A program made the position numbers and the translations under genes. From assembly GCA_044229975.1 (NCBI GenBank), contig JBGARZ010000011.1, positions 32,001 through 96,000 of the forward strand: a stretch of DNA of 64,000 nt, read 5' to 3'. This DNA is from Polyangiales bacterium (lineage in GTDB: Bacteria > Myxococcota_A > Polyangia > Polyangiales > Ga0077539). The notes beneath the pieces are model-generated. The model was not told the origin of the DNA and ran no database searches. It saw only the letters and a program-made list of their open reading frames with translations. This document shows, piece after piece, positions 9,360 to 19,310 of the stretch (its first letter is position 1; each line of letters starts with the position of its first letter).

Positions 9360-11003
9360 TCACGGCAGCGAAGGGGCCCAGTGCGCCATGTGGTTGCCCT
9401 CGTCAACGGCCTGGTGGGGCAGCCAGAACGCTGTCGTGCTCGGGTCGCCGCCGCGCACCGACGGGCGAAACGCGGCCATCCAGAGCTGCGTGCGGCGCTC
9501 GTCGGCCGGGCGGTCTTGCTGTTGGAGACGGAGGCCGTAGTCGCGCCGGCTGGTGAAGGTGAACCACAGCAGGGCGTCGTCGGGGCCCGACCCGGCGCGG
9601 GAGGCGTAGGGCGCCCACGCCGGCCAGGAATTGCCGAGGGCACCGGCACCGTCGGCGCGCGCCAGGCGAACGGGGTCACCGCCCGTCGCCGCGATGATCC
9701 AGAGCTGCGCCCCCAGGTTGCTGTACGAGTCCCCGCCCGCGCGGTTGAACAACACCCAGCGGTTGTCGGGAGAGAATGCGGGGTAGTACTGGTTGATCTC
9801 GGCGCTGGCGAGCAGGGTGGTCGCCGCGCCGAAGGCTCCCCCCGACCACGGCATGAGCATCAGGTCGGCGGCGCCCGTGTGCCCGGTGGGGCTGAGCGCC
9901 ATGGGGGTTCGCGGCCGGGAGAAGACGACCCGCGTGCCATCGGGCGACCAGTCGGGCATCGTCCCGGCGAAGGCGTTGGCGAGGCCCGGCGCGGCGGCCC
10001 CCGTCGCGGCGTCGAGCAGCCGGAGCTGCACCCCGTTGGAGACGAGGAAACGAGCGTTGTCCGGGGAGAAGGTGCCGAAGCTCCCCGTGAGCGGCGTGCC
10101 GACGCTGGCGCGCGAAGCGACGTCGATCATGGGCGTCGGAGAGAGGCCAGGGATGCCGCGGCCGGCCCACATGCGGGTGCCGTCGCGCGAGACGGCGTGG
10201 CAGCCGGCGCAGTTCGAGGACTCCCCCCGCAAGAACACCTCCGGCCGCGTCTCGGGAGTGCCCACGTCATCGCGATGGATGCTGCCCGCCGTGGTGGCCC
10301 AGTAGACGGTTCCGCGGAGGGGGTCGGGCGTCACGCCCAGCGTGATGGGCGCCGAGCGACCGACCGCGCCGGCGCTCGTGGCCCCGACGGGCGAGCGGGT
10401 GCCACGGACGGTGACGGTGAGCGCGCCGCTCCCACGCGCCGACTCGGCCAGCAGCGCGAGGTCGGACGGTGCGAGGGTGAGCGCGCACCCGGCGCCGACG
10501 ACCGAGCAGCGGGTGTAGAAGCGCACCGCCGACGTCGATCCGACGAAGGACACCTCGAAGAGATCGTTGCTCGCACCGGGCCGAAAATGAAGCTCGAAGG
10601 AAGGGAGGTTCGGGGGGATGACCGTCTCCGTCGCGGGATAGACGATGGACGGCCCCGCGGCCTCCCCGGCGCCACCAAAGCGCGCGGACGAGTCGGCCGG
10701 CGCGTCGGGTCGAACGATGTCCCGCGCCGTCACCGCGGGCGGTCGATCGACCGAAGCACCTGCATCGACAGGAGACCCGGCGTCCGTCGAGACACCGGTG
10801 TCGACAGGAGACCCGGTGTCCGTCGAGACAACCGCGTCGATCGGAGACCCGGTGTCCGTCGAGGCACCGGTGTCCGTCGAGGCACCGGTGTCGACCGAGG
10901 CGGCGACATCGCGTGGCGAACTTGCATCACCTGGCAGGTAGGCGATGGGGCCGGTGCACCCCAGCGACCACCCCAACACCACCAGTGCTCTTCCAGTTCG
11001 CAT
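9360..11003 (-). CDS. TolB-like (PD40 repeat) lipoprotein
   Basis: Lipobox 'SLGC'; PD40 motifs 'MPDWSPDGTRVVF', 'YPAFSPDNRWVLF', 'SWPAWAP'; STDTG-repeat linker; 'CAGCH'. Confidence 0.8.
   Translation of the reverse strand: MRTGRALVVLGWSLGCTGPIAYLPGDASSPRDVAASVDTGASTDTGASTDTGSPIDAVVSTDTGSPVDTGVSTDAGSPVDAGASVDRPPAVTARDIVRPDAPADSSARFGGAGEAAGPSIVYPATETVIPPNLPSFELHFRPGASNDLFEVSFVGSTSAVRFYTRCSVVGAGCALTLAPSDLALLAESARGSGALTVTVRGTRSPVGATSAGAVGRSAPITLGVTPDPLRGTVYWATTAGSIHRDDVGTPETRPEVFLRGESSNCAGCHAVSRDGTRMWAGRGIPGLSPTPMIDVASRASVGTPLTGSFGTFSPDNARFLVSNGVQLRLLDAATGAAAPGLANAFAGTMPDWSPDGTRVVFSRPRTPMALSPTGHTGAADLMLMPWSGGAFGAATTLLASAEINQYYPAFSPDNRWVLFNRAGGDSYSNLGAQLWIIAATGGDPVRLARADGAGALGNSWPAWAPYASRAGSGPDDALLWFTFTSRRDYGLRLQQQDRPADERRTQLWMAAFRPSVRGGDPSTTAFWLPHQAVDEGNHMAHWAPSLP
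10750..10900. repeat. Intragenic 18/36-bp tandem repeats encoding (S/V)TDTG(A/S/V) linker
   Basis: Units such as gtcgaggcaccggtgtcc and gtcgacaggagacccggtgtcc are repeated. Confidence 0.7.
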
Positions 11004-11182
11004 GGCGTTTCCCTATCGTCGGCGCGTCGTCGAGAAACCGTCGACCGCGCGAGGATGGATACTCCACCATCAACCGGGCGGACAGCCCCTCGGCCCCGGT
11101 GTCGACGGACGTTGCCGCGGTCTCGCGGTTGGGCGCCAACGTTCGCCAACGGTCCCTCCCGTCCCGTACCTTCGGCCACCGA

Positions 11183-12130
11183 TTGAGCACCGACCACCAC
11201 CCCGCCACCCGCCCCGTCGCCTCCGCCCTCGCCGTCGCGCTGGCCTTCGCCGCCATCTACTTCGTGTGGGGGTCGACCTACCTCGCGATGCACGTCGCGG
11301 TGCGAACGCTGCCGCCATTCCTCCTCGCCGCGACTCGCTTTCTCATCGCCGGCGGTGCCCTCCTCGCGTGGTCGGTCGCGCGGGGCGGCGCGTGGCCGAC
11401 GCGCGCCTCGTGGGGCCACGCAGGCGTCGCCGGGCTGCTCATGCTCGCAGGCGGCAACGGCGGCGTCGTGTGGGCGGTGCAGCGCGTCCCGTCGGGCATC
11501 GCGGCGCTGGTGGTGTCGACGCTGCCGCTGTGGATGGTGCTCCTCGAATGGATCTCCGGCGGCGCGCGGCCCGGCCTCGGCGTGTCGGCGGGCATCGGCC
11601 TCGGGCTCGTCGGCATCGTCGTTCTGGTGGGCCCCGACGCGCTCGCCAGCGGAGGCACCCAGGGCGTCGACCCGCTGCGTGTCGGCGTGCTGGTGCTGGC
11701 CTCGCTGTCGTGGGCCGCCGGGTCGCTCTACGCACGCGCCAACAAGGTTCCGGGCCCGGTGACGATGGCGCCCGCCCTCCAGATGCTCGTCGGCGGCGCG
11801 GTGTTGCTCACCGCGAGCCTGCTCACCGGCGAGGTGGGCCGCTTCGACCCGGCGCGCGCGTCGATGGCGTCGCTGCTGTCGATGGCCTACCTCATCGTGT
11901 TCGGGTCGCTGGTCAGCTACAGCGCGTACGTGTGGCTGCTGGGGGTCGTGTCGCCCGCGCGCGTGTCGACCTACGCGTACGTCAACCCGGTGGTGGCGAT
12001 GTTCCTCGGGGCGGTGCTCGCGGACGAGGTGCTCACCGCGCGAACCATCGAAGCCGGCGCCATCATCGTCGGCGCCGTGGTGCTCATCACCACCGTCAGC
12101 GCGCGAAAGAAGGCGCCCGCTTCGTCGTAG
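11183..12130 (+). CDS. EamA/DMT family transporter (YedA-like)
   Basis: 'IYFVWGSTYLAM', 'PPFLLAATRFLIAG', 'STYAYVNPVVAMFLG'; about 10 TM segments; start (TTG 11183) approximate. Confidence 0.9.
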   Translation: MSTDHHPATRPVASALAVALAFAAIYFVWGSTYLAMHVAVRTLPPFLLAATRFLIAGGALLAWSVARGGAWPTRASWGHAGVAGLLMLAGGNGGVVWAVQRVPSGIAALVVSTLPLWMVLLEWISGGARPGLGVSAGIGLGLVGIVVLVGPDALASGGTQGVDPLRVGVLVLASLSWAAGSLYARANKVPGPVTMAPALQMLVGGAVLLTASLLTGEVGRFDPARASMASLLSMAYLIVFGSLVSYSAYVWLLGVVSPARVSTYAYVNPVVAMFLGAVLADEVLTARTIEAGAIIVGAVVLITTVSARKKAPASS

Positions 12131-12233
12131 CGGGCTCGCGCCTCTACATCCCTCTCACGATGCTCGAGCGGCAACGATCGGCCCCACCACGGACCTTCGT
12201 CTCCGGCGAACAGTGCGTACACTCCGTCGCCTC

Positions 12234-13280
12234 ATGAGCACCACCGTCGATGTGAGCGTGGCGATCGGGTCCGCTGCGCACGCGCGCCTCTCCCCGGTCG
12301 CCGAGCTGCCCGTGACCGGGACGCTCGCCTTCCTCCCCAACGGCAACCTGCTGGTGGTCGAGCGCCGCTGGAGCGAGCACCGCTTGGTCGCCCACGAGTT
12401 TGCGCCGGACGCCAACGGGCACTGGGCCGAGGCCCGCGCGGTGACCATCAAGGGCGTGCGCGGCAGCCCCATCGGATGCGCGGTGAGCGCGGGCGGGGCG
12501 TTCCTCGCGGCGGGGCCCAAGATCGCCCGCGTGTATGACTGGGCCGCGGCGAAGGTGCTCGCATCGCTCCCGACGGTGCGCCATCAGCTCGAACGCAACT
12601 CGCTGGGGTTCTCGCCGAGCGGCGCGCGCATCGCCGTGGCGGATGGCGGGTACGTCTCCCCGCGCAACCGCACCGTCACCGTCTGCGACGCAGCCACCGG
12701 CGCGAAGCTCACGGCGATCAAGACCGACGAGTGGGACTTCCAGTGGGCGGCGATGCCCGACGAGTCGACGGTGCTCACCCTCGGGTTGGCCTTCGATTGG
12801 AAGTACGACGACGAGGAGACCGAGGGGCAGTGGGTGCTCGGCTGCTACGACGCCGACACCGGCGCGGTGCGCTGGCGGCGGGTGTTGCGCGGCGAGCAGC
12901 GGCCGGGCATCGACCGCGCGGCGGGCCGCCTCTGGATCGCGGACACCGAGAGCCCGCACATCACGAAGAACCTGCTGGCGCTGTCGCTCGCGGACGGGGG
13001 CGTGGTGCGCACCGTGGGCTTCGACGGCGAGTGGCGCGCCGACAAGGCGGCCCCGACGATGGTCGGCCCCACGACGCTGATGCTCCCGGTGAAGACGTAC
13101 CAGAACGGAGGGGAGATGCGCACGGTGGTCATCGACACCGAGCGGGGTCGCGTGGTGGCCGAGCTCAGGCACGCGGGCGAGCTGTCGGGCGAGTGGTTTC
13201 CGCCGACGGCGCACCTGGAGACGCGACGGGTGGCCGCGACGGTCGAGGGCGCCACGGTCGTCTGGCAACTGCCTGGGTGA
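12234..13280 (+). CDS. Hypothetical beta-propeller (WD40/PQQ-like) protein
   Basis: 'LAFLPNGNLLV', 'LGFSPSGARIAV', 'YDADTGAVRW' blade motifs. Confidence 0.65.
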   Translation: MSTTVDVSVAIGSAAHARLSPVAELPVTGTLAFLPNGNLLVVERRWSEHRLVAHEFAPDANGHWAEARAVTIKGVRGSPIGCAVSAGGAFLAAGPKIARVYDWAAAKVLASLPTVRHQLERNSLGFSPSGARIAVADGGYVSPRNRTVTVCDAATGAKLTAIKTDEWDFQWAAMPDESTVLTLGLAFDWKYDDEETEGQWVLGCYDADTGAVRWRRVLRGEQRPGIDRAAGRLWIADTESPHITKNLLALSLADGGVVRTVGFDGEWRADKAAPTMVGPTTLMLPVKTYQNGGEMRTVVIDTERGRVVAELRHAGELSGEWFPPTAHLETRRVAATVEGATVVWQLPG

Positions 13281-13412
13281 GGCCTGAGGTTCGGAGTGGG
13301 TGTCGTGGCGCCGCGAGGCGCTCTTCGTCGATCGAGACGAGGGACCGGTGTTCGTGAGAACGCCGGTTCCTCGCAGGCTCGCTGGAGGCACGTCGAAAGG
13401 GCTGGTCTCCTC

Positions 13413-14342
13413 TCATTCAAGGAGCCGGTTCAGTGGTTCGGTCGCCTCTCTGGATCGCAGGTCGAGCCCGAAGAAGTGAATCGCCTCCTCGGCGTCGACG
13501 GGCAGATCGTGCGGAACCCCATCGAGGCTGATGGCCTCCACGCGCACGCCGGACGCATCGCCGTAGCGGGTGTGGGTCCATCTCGCGCGCGGGTGGTCGG
13601 TCGCGCTCGGCGCCGGGCCCACGCCGAGCACGTCGCACCACTGCCCGATCGCCTCGGCGAAGTTGCGGTAGCGCAGCACGGCGTCGTCGGTGCCGTGCCA
13701 GAGCTGCACCCGCGGACGCGGCCCGCGGTAGCCGCGATAGGCCGCGCGCACGAGGTCACCCCACCGCCGCGCCGAGCGGGTCACGCGACCGTTGGCGCAG
13801 TCGGCGTTCCAGCGCGTGGGGCCAGCGAAGCAGCCATACGGAACCCCCGCGAAGGCCACGCCCGCCCGAAACACGTCGGGGTAGTTGCCCAGCAGCACGT
13901 TGGTGAGCATCGCGCCCGACGACACGCCCACCACGAAGACCCGCGCGCGGTCCGCGCCGTAGCGCCGCAGCGCGTACGCGACCATCGAGCGCACGCCCAC
14001 CGGGTCGCTGCCACCATTGCGCCGCAGCGCCGCGCGCGAGGCCACGTCGAAGCAGTGGTCCGCGCTCTGCGTCACCGACGGATACACCACGACGAAGCCG
14101 TAGCGATCGGCGAGGCGCGCGAACCCGGTGCTCGCGTGAAACCCGCGACCGTCGCCGTGACAGGCGTGCGCCGCCACAACCACCGCAGGACGAGGTGCGA
14201 GGTGGTCGGGCACGTAGACGAACATCCGCAGCGCGCTCGGGTTGGCGCCGAAGTCCGTGACCTCGGTGAGCGTCGCGGCCGAGGCGCGTGACGAGAGCGC
14301 CGTCACCAGCGCCGCTGCGAAGAGGAGGGTTCGTGTGCCCAT
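13413..14342 (-). CDS. PHB depolymerase family / CE1 acetylxylan-feruloyl esterase, secreted
   Basis: Signal peptide; 'DFGANPSALRMFVYVP'; nucleophile motif 'GVSSGAM'; 'QLWHGTDD'. Confidence 0.9.
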   Translation of the reverse strand: MGTRTLLFAAALVTALSSRASAATLTEVTDFGANPSALRMFVYVPDHLAPRPAVVVAAHACHGDGRGFHASTGFARLADRYGFVVVYPSVTQSADHCFDVASRAALRRNGGSDPVGVRSMVAYALRRYGADRARVFVVGVSSGAMLTNVLLGNYPDVFRAGVAFAGVPYGCFAGPTRWNADCANGRVTRSARRWGDLVRAAYRGYRGPRPRVQLWHGTDDAVLRYRNFAEAIGQWCDVLGVGPAPSATDHPRARWTHTRYGDASGVRVEAISLDGVPHDLPVDAEEAIHFFGLDLRSREATEPLNRLLE

Positions 14343-14410
14343 TGGGGTTTCGCTGCGATGACCTTTGCCACTGTCATCGTGCCCGGTCGCGACCCCATAC
14401 GGAACCCCTG

Positions 14411-14966
14411 ATGACCGACCGCCCCGGACTGCTCCGCCACTATGGCCCCGCGCTCGCGATCACGGCCGCGGTGCTGGTGCTGGTGACGGCGCGCGAGGGC
14501 GGTCGGGCGTTGCTCGCCGTGCTGGTGCTCGCCGTACTGGAGGTCACCTTCAGCGTCGACAACGCCGTCATGAACAGCCAGACCCTCGCGAAGATGAGCC
14601 GCTTCTGGCGGCGCATGTTCTTGACGGTGGGCATCGCCGTCGCCGTCTTCGGCGTACGGCTGTTTCAGCCTCGACGGCGTGGTGGCGGCCTTCGCGGTGA
14701 CGCGGCGCGTGCTGCTCATCGCCGCGGGCCTCGGCATCGGCGCCGTCTTCGTGCGCGCCATCACCACGCACCTGCTGGAGCGCGAGGCGCTGCGCGAGTA
14801 CCGGTACCTCGTTCATGGGGCGCACTACGCCATCACGGTGCTCGCGGTGACGATGCTGGCCGACATCCGCTTCCACCCGCCGCCGCTCGCCGCCGGGATC
14901 GTCGGGCTGCTGCTGGTGGGCGGCTCGTGGTGGGCCTCGGTGCGTCACGACCGCAAACACGCCTGA
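14411..14966 (+). pseudogene. DUF475 (TerC-like) membrane protein with internal deletion and frameshift
   Basis: Frame 1 gives 'LAVLEVTFSVDNAVMN...FLTVGIAVAVFGVRLF'; at about 14664 a different frame gives 'FSLDGVVAAFAVT...GLGIGAVFVRAIT...YRYLVHGAHYAI'; the middle of the family sequence is missing. Confidence 0.75.
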
Positions 14967-15092
14967 CGATGGCTCTGGAGTTCGGAGCAGGCTCGGCTCG
15001 GCCAGCATCGACTTGCATGAGTCGACCGTGATGCTCCAGCGCGGCTAATCCCTTGCTCCACCGCTCCCCCCTCCGCTATCACCACTGCGCAC

Positions 15093-16613
15093 ATGGAAGA
15101 CGTCGGGCAGCGCTGGCTACGGCTCCACCCCGCTGACAACGTCGGCGTCGTCGTCGACCCCGCTGGCCTCGCGGCGGGCGAAGTCATCGACGGCGTCCCC
15201 CTCGGCCAGGCCATCGCCATGGGTCACAAGTTCGCCCGCGCGGCCATCCCCAAGGGCGCGTCGGTGGTGAAGTTCGGCCACGTCATCGGGGTCGCCACCG
15301 TCGACATCGAGCCCGGCGCCCACGTCCATGTACACAGTGTCGAGATGCCCCCGGCCGCTCTCGTCGGCGGCAGCGAAGAGACCCACCACGAGCGCGCCCG
15401 CGACGCGGCCGACCTGCCCACCACCTTCCGCGGATACCGTCGCGCCAGCGGTCGCGCAGGCACCCGCAACTACGTAGTCGTGGTGAGCTCGGTCAACTGC
15501 TCGGCCACCGTGGTGAAGGCCGTCTGCCGACACTTCCTCGGACGCCCTGGCATCGATGGGGTCGTCCCCGTCACGCACACCGCGGGCTGCGCCCAGGCCA
15601 TCGGCGGCCTCGGGTACCGCGTGCTCAACCGCACGCTCGCCGGATGGATCTTCCACCCCAACGTCGTCGGCGCCGTCGTCATCGGCCTCGGCTGCGAAGG
15701 CACCACCTTCAAGTCCATTCTGGCCGCCCACGAGAGCAGCCCCGACGCGGCGCGCATCCCGCTGGAGACGCTCAACATCCAGGACGTCGGCGGCACCGCG
15801 GCGGCCATCGCGCAAGGCATCGCGGCCGTCGAGAAGGTGCTCGCGCAGCTCCCGACCTTCGAGCGCGAAGAGCTGCCCGTCTCGGAGATCGGCATCGCGC
15901 TCAACTGCGGCGGCAGCGATGCGTTCTCCAGCCTGACGGCCAACCCGGTGCTCGGCATCGTGAGCGATCTGCTGGTGCAGCGCGGCGGGATGGTGGCGCT
16001 GGCGGAGATCCCCGAGTGCCACGGCTGCGAAGACATGCTCGCCGCCCGCGCCGCGGACGACACCGTGCGCGCCCGCCTCGCCGAGACCTTCGAGTGGTGG
16101 AACGGGTACGCCTCCCGCCACCAGGTGAACCTCAACAACAACCTCGCGTCGGGCAACATCGCGGGCGGCATCACCACCATCGTCGAGAAGAGCCTCGGGG
16201 CCGTCGCCAAGGGCGGGCACTCGCCGCTCACCGAGGTGGTCGAGTACTCGGCGCCCATCACGCAGCAGGGCTTCGTGCTGATGAACACCCCCGGCTTCGA
16301 CCCGGTGTCCGTGACGGGACTCGTGGCGGGTGGCTGCAATGTCGTGACGTTCACGACGGGGCGCGGTTCGGTCTACGGGTGCTCCATCGCGCCGACGGTG
16401 AAGATCGCCACGACGAGCGGGCTCTTCCGTCGCATGCGCGGCGACATGGATTTCGACGCGGGTCAGGCGCTGACGGGCGCGACCATCGAGGCGCTGGGGG
16501 AGGCGCTGTATCGGGACTTGATCGAAGTGGCGAGCGGTCGCCACACGACGAGTGAAGAGCTGGGTCTGGGTTGGGAGGAGTTCGTGCCGTGGCCGATCGC
16601 CGAAACGTTGTAA
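15093..16613 (+). CDS. uxaA: UxaA/GarD family sugar-acid dehydratase (altronate dehydratase-like, SAF domain)
   Basis: 'RLHPADNVGV', 'GHKFA', 'GTRNY', 'SVNCS', 'HPNVVG', 'CGGSD', 'GNIAGGITTIVEKSLGAVAKGG', 'FTTGRGS'. Confidence 0.9.
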   Translation: MEDVGQRWLRLHPADNVGVVVDPAGLAAGEVIDGVPLGQAIAMGHKFARAAIPKGASVVKFGHVIGVATVDIEPGAHVHVHSVEMPPAALVGGSEETHHERARDAADLPTTFRGYRRASGRAGTRNYVVVVSSVNCSATVVKAVCRHFLGRPGIDGVVPVTHTAGCAQAIGGLGYRVLNRTLAGWIFHPNVVGAVVIGLGCEGTTFKSILAAHESSPDAARIPLETLNIQDVGGTAAAIAQGIAAVEKVLAQLPTFEREELPVSEIGIALNCGGSDAFSSLTANPVLGIVSDLLVQRGGMVALAEIPECHGCEDMLAARAADDTVRARLAETFEWWNGYASRHQVNLNNNLASGNIAGGITTIVEKSLGAVAKGGHSPLTEVVEYSAPITQQGFVLMNTPGFDPVSVTGLVAGGCNVVTFTTGRGSVYGCSIAPTVKIATTSGLFRRMRGDMDFDAGQALTGATIEALGEALYRDLIEVASGRHTTSEELGLGWEEFVPWPIAETL

Positions 16614-17704
16614 TCATCGGCGCGGGCGCCATCGGGCGGGGATACCTCCCGTGGGTCGTCGACGACGCGCGCCACGAGCTGGTCTTCGTCGACTCCAACC
16701 TCCAGATCGTTCGCCCCATGCGCGACCGCGGTCGGTACCGCAGCCACCGCGTGCGCGAAGGGCGCATCGAGTCGCGCGACGTGCTGGTGAAGGACGCCTG
16801 CCTGCCGGGCGAGTTCGACTGGCGGCGGTACGACCCGGAGGTGATCTTCGTCAACGTCGGTCCGCGCAGCGTGGCGCGCATCGCGGCGCTGCTCGAAGGC
16901 GCGACGTGCCCGGTCATCCTCTGCGAAAACGACCCGGCGACGGTGGAGATCCTCAAGCCGCACCTGGGCGGCGGAGGAGCAGCGGTCTTCGCGGTGCCCG
17001 ATGTCATCACATCGAACACGGCGCCCGCGGAGCTGTTGGCCGAAGACTCGCTCGCGACGGTCACCGAAGACGGCGTTCTCTTCATCGACGAGCGGGCGCG
17101 TGGCGCGGTGCACGGCGACATCCATTGGCTCTCCGAGCGCGAGCTGGTCGACCAGCAGTGGACGGCGAAGCTGTACCTGCACAACACGCCGCATTGCGTG
17201 ACGGCGTACCTCGGGGCGCTCGCGGGTTCGCGCTATGTGCACGAGGCGATGGCGCGGCCCGCGGTCGCGGAGATCGTGGCGGGCTCCATGAAGGAGATGC
17301 TCACGGCGCTGAAGCTGAAGTGGGAGATCCCCCACGAGTTTCTCGACTGGTACGCCGAGAAGGAACTCAAGCGCTTCGCCAACGTGCAGCTCTACGACCC
17401 GGTGAGCCGCGTGGCGCGCGAGCCCCTACGCAAGCTCGACCTCGACGGCCGGCTCATCGGCGCGGCGCAGATCTGCCTCGCGTCGGGCTTCATTCCCCAC
17501 AACATTCTTATCGGGATCGCGGGCGCGCTGCTCTTCAAGGACAGCAACGACTCCGACCGGCACCTCGACTTCATGCGGGGCGCGCTGTCGTCGGACATCT
17601 TCCTCACGCACGTGCTCAACCTCCGCCGCGGCGAGGCGCTGGAGATACTCCTGCGCGAGCGGATGGAGACCATCATCAAGATCGTGGAAGGCGTGCGCCG
17701 ATGA
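16589..17704 (+). CDS. Mannitol-1-phosphate 5-dehydrogenase-like polyol dehydrogenase
   Basis: GTG 16589 after GGAGGAG; 'GAGAIGRGY', 'ILCEN', 'KLYLHNTPHCVTAYLG', 'DPVSRVAREPLRKL' match MtlD motifs. Confidence 0.8.
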   Translation: MADRRNVVIIGAGAIGRGYLPWVVDDARHELVFVDSNLQIVRPMRDRGRYRSHRVREGRIESRDVLVKDACLPGEFDWRRYDPEVIFVNVGPRSVARIAALLEGATCPVILCENDPATVEILKPHLGGGGAAVFAVPDVITSNTAPAELLAEDSLATVTEDGVLFIDERARGAVHGDIHWLSERELVDQQWTAKLYLHNTPHCVTAYLGALAGSRYVHEAMARPAVAEIVAGSMKEMLTALKLKWEIPHEFLDWYAEKELKRFANVQLYDPVSRVAREPLRKLDLDGRLIGAAQICLASGFIPHNILIGIAGALLFKDSNDSDRHLDFMRGALSSDIFLTHVLNLRRGEALEILLRERMETIIKIVEGVRR

Positions 17705-18507
17705 ACTTCGAGAAGGAAGCGGCCCTCGCGCTGCGGGCGGTGTCCGAGGGCGCGCGCATCGCGGGCGAGCGACCCGAGCGGCTGTCCATCCAGACCAAGC
17801 AGTCGTTTCGCGACGTGGTGACCGAGGTCGACCGGCAGATCGAGGAGCGCATGAGCGTCGTCCTCGGCGAGGGCGCGTACCCGGTGGTCGGCGAGGAGCA
17901 CTTCGAGTCGGGCACCGAGAGTGAGCCCGCGGGTCTCTACTGGGCCGTCGACCCCATCGACGGGACGGCCAACTACGTCGCGGGCATCCCCTACTACGGC
18001 ATCTCGGCGGGCCTCGTCTCGGGCGGCACCGAGGCGCGTGTTGGTGCGGTGGCGCTGCCCGCGCTGCGGGAGCTGTACTTCACGCACGGCGACGAGGTGG
18101 CCTTCCGCAACGGGCGCGCGCTGCCTCCGGTCGACCGCCGTGAGCTGAGCCAGTCGCTGGTGGCGGGGAGCTTCTCCGGGGCGAAGGGCGATCCCGCCGA
18201 GCGGGCGTTGTTGTATCGGTTGTTCGGGGAGTTCAACGAGCGCAGTCGCGGGGCGCTGCGGCTGGGGTCGGCGGCGGCCAACTTCTGCTACGTGGCGTCG
18301 GGGCAGTTGCAGCTGGTGTACGGCTTCCACGCGGCGATCTGGGACGTCGCGGGCGGCCTCGCCATCGCGTCGCGAGCGGGCTGCGTGGTGCGCTGCGTGC
18401 GCGCTCCGGGCCGGGCGCGGGTGCATTACATCGCGGGCGGCGCGACGGCGGTGGAAGAGGCGCTGGAGATCATCGCGGGCGTCGGGCTCGGGGAGGCGTT
18501 CGCGTGA
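17701..18507 (+). CDS. Inositol monophosphatase family protein
   Basis: 'DVVTEVD', 'GEE', 'WAVDPIDGTANY', 'RLGSAA', 'WDVAGG'; ATGA overlap. Confidence 0.9.
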   Translation: MNFEKEAALALRAVSEGARIAGERPERLSIQTKQSFRDVVTEVDRQIEERMSVVLGEGAYPVVGEEHFESGTESEPAGLYWAVDPIDGTANYVAGIPYYGISAGLVSGGTEARVGAVALPALRELYFTHGDEVAFRNGRALPPVDRRELSQSLVAGSFSGAKGDPAERALLYRLFGEFNERSRGALRLGSAAANFCYVASGQLQLVYGFHAAIWDVAGGLAIASRAGCVVRCVRAPGRARVHYIAGGATAVEEALEIIAGVGLGEAFA

Positions 18508-19256
18508 AGGCGGTGATCCTGTGCGGGCGGGGCGAGTTTCACCTCGGGCCCAACGGTGAGCGCATCGGCAAGGCCGTCGCCATCGCGGGCGGTGAGCCGA
18601 TGTTTGGGCACGTGATGCGGGGCTACGCGCGCTCGGGCTTCCGCGACTTCATCCTCGCGTGCGGCGCCCAGGTGGCGAAGTTCGGACCGCTGATGGAGCA
18701 GGTGTACGGCGCGACGCGCGGGGCCGACGGTGTGTACACGGTCAACCTCCCGGAGCCGTGTCGGGTGGAGGTGGTCGACACCGGCGCCGACGCGCGGACG
18801 GGCGAGCGCGTGCGGCGGGTGAGCGATCGCCTGGGCGACGACGCGACCTTCGCGGTGACCTACGGCGATACGGTGAGCGACATCGACCTCGCGCAGGTGC
18901 GGGCGTTCCACGAGCGGCACGGGCGGCTCGCGACGCTGGTGGCCACCGACCTGCCGACGCGCTTCCGCGTGGTGGGTCTGCGCTACGGCGAGACGACGGT
19001 GCGCGGCTTCGCGGCGAAGCCGGTGCTGCTCAACGACCACATCAACGGGGGCTTCTACTTCTTCCGCCGCGAGGCGCTGTCGCGGGACTACTGGGCGGCG
19101 GGCGCAGAGCTGGAGACGGCCGTGCTCGAGGGGCTCGTGAAGGAGCAGCAGCTGGAGGCGTTTCCGTTTCGCGGGGGCGTGTGGCAGCACCTCGACAGCG
19201 AGCGCGACCTGGCCACCATCGACGCCATCGTGCGGGGTTGGGCCGCGCGGGGCTGA
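18504..19256 (+). CDS. Sugar-phosphate nucleotidyltransferase, glucose-1-phosphate cytidylyltransferase (RfbF)-like, with a divergent signature loop
   Basis: 'MKAVILCG', 'VDTGADARTGERV', 'TYGDTVSDID', 'INGGFYFF', 'WQHLDSERD'; GTGA overlap. Confidence 0.8.
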   Translation: MKAVILCGRGEFHLGPNGERIGKAVAIAGGEPMFGHVMRGYARSGFRDFILACGAQVAKFGPLMEQVYGATRGADGVYTVNLPEPCRVEVVDTGADARTGERVRRVSDRLGDDATFAVTYGDTVSDIDLAQVRAFHERHGRLATLVATDLPTRFRVVGLRYGETTVRGFAAKPVLLNDHINGGFYFFRREALSRDYWAAGAELETAVLEGLVKEQQLEAFPFRGGVWQHLDSERDLATIDAIVRGWAARG

Positions 19257-19310
19257 GTCAGCGCGCGTTGGGGGCCGCGAGGGCGACCGCTGTGGCTGTT
19301 CGGGGCTTCA

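Noticed and set aside
13281..13412. Possible structured element between convergent genes
   Set aside because: Only short imperfect stems; no similarity to the other repeat families
16552..18507. 651-aa ORF suggesting an IMPase fusion
   Set aside because: The upstream part overlaps the dehydrogenase in another frame; the IMPase starts at ATG 17701
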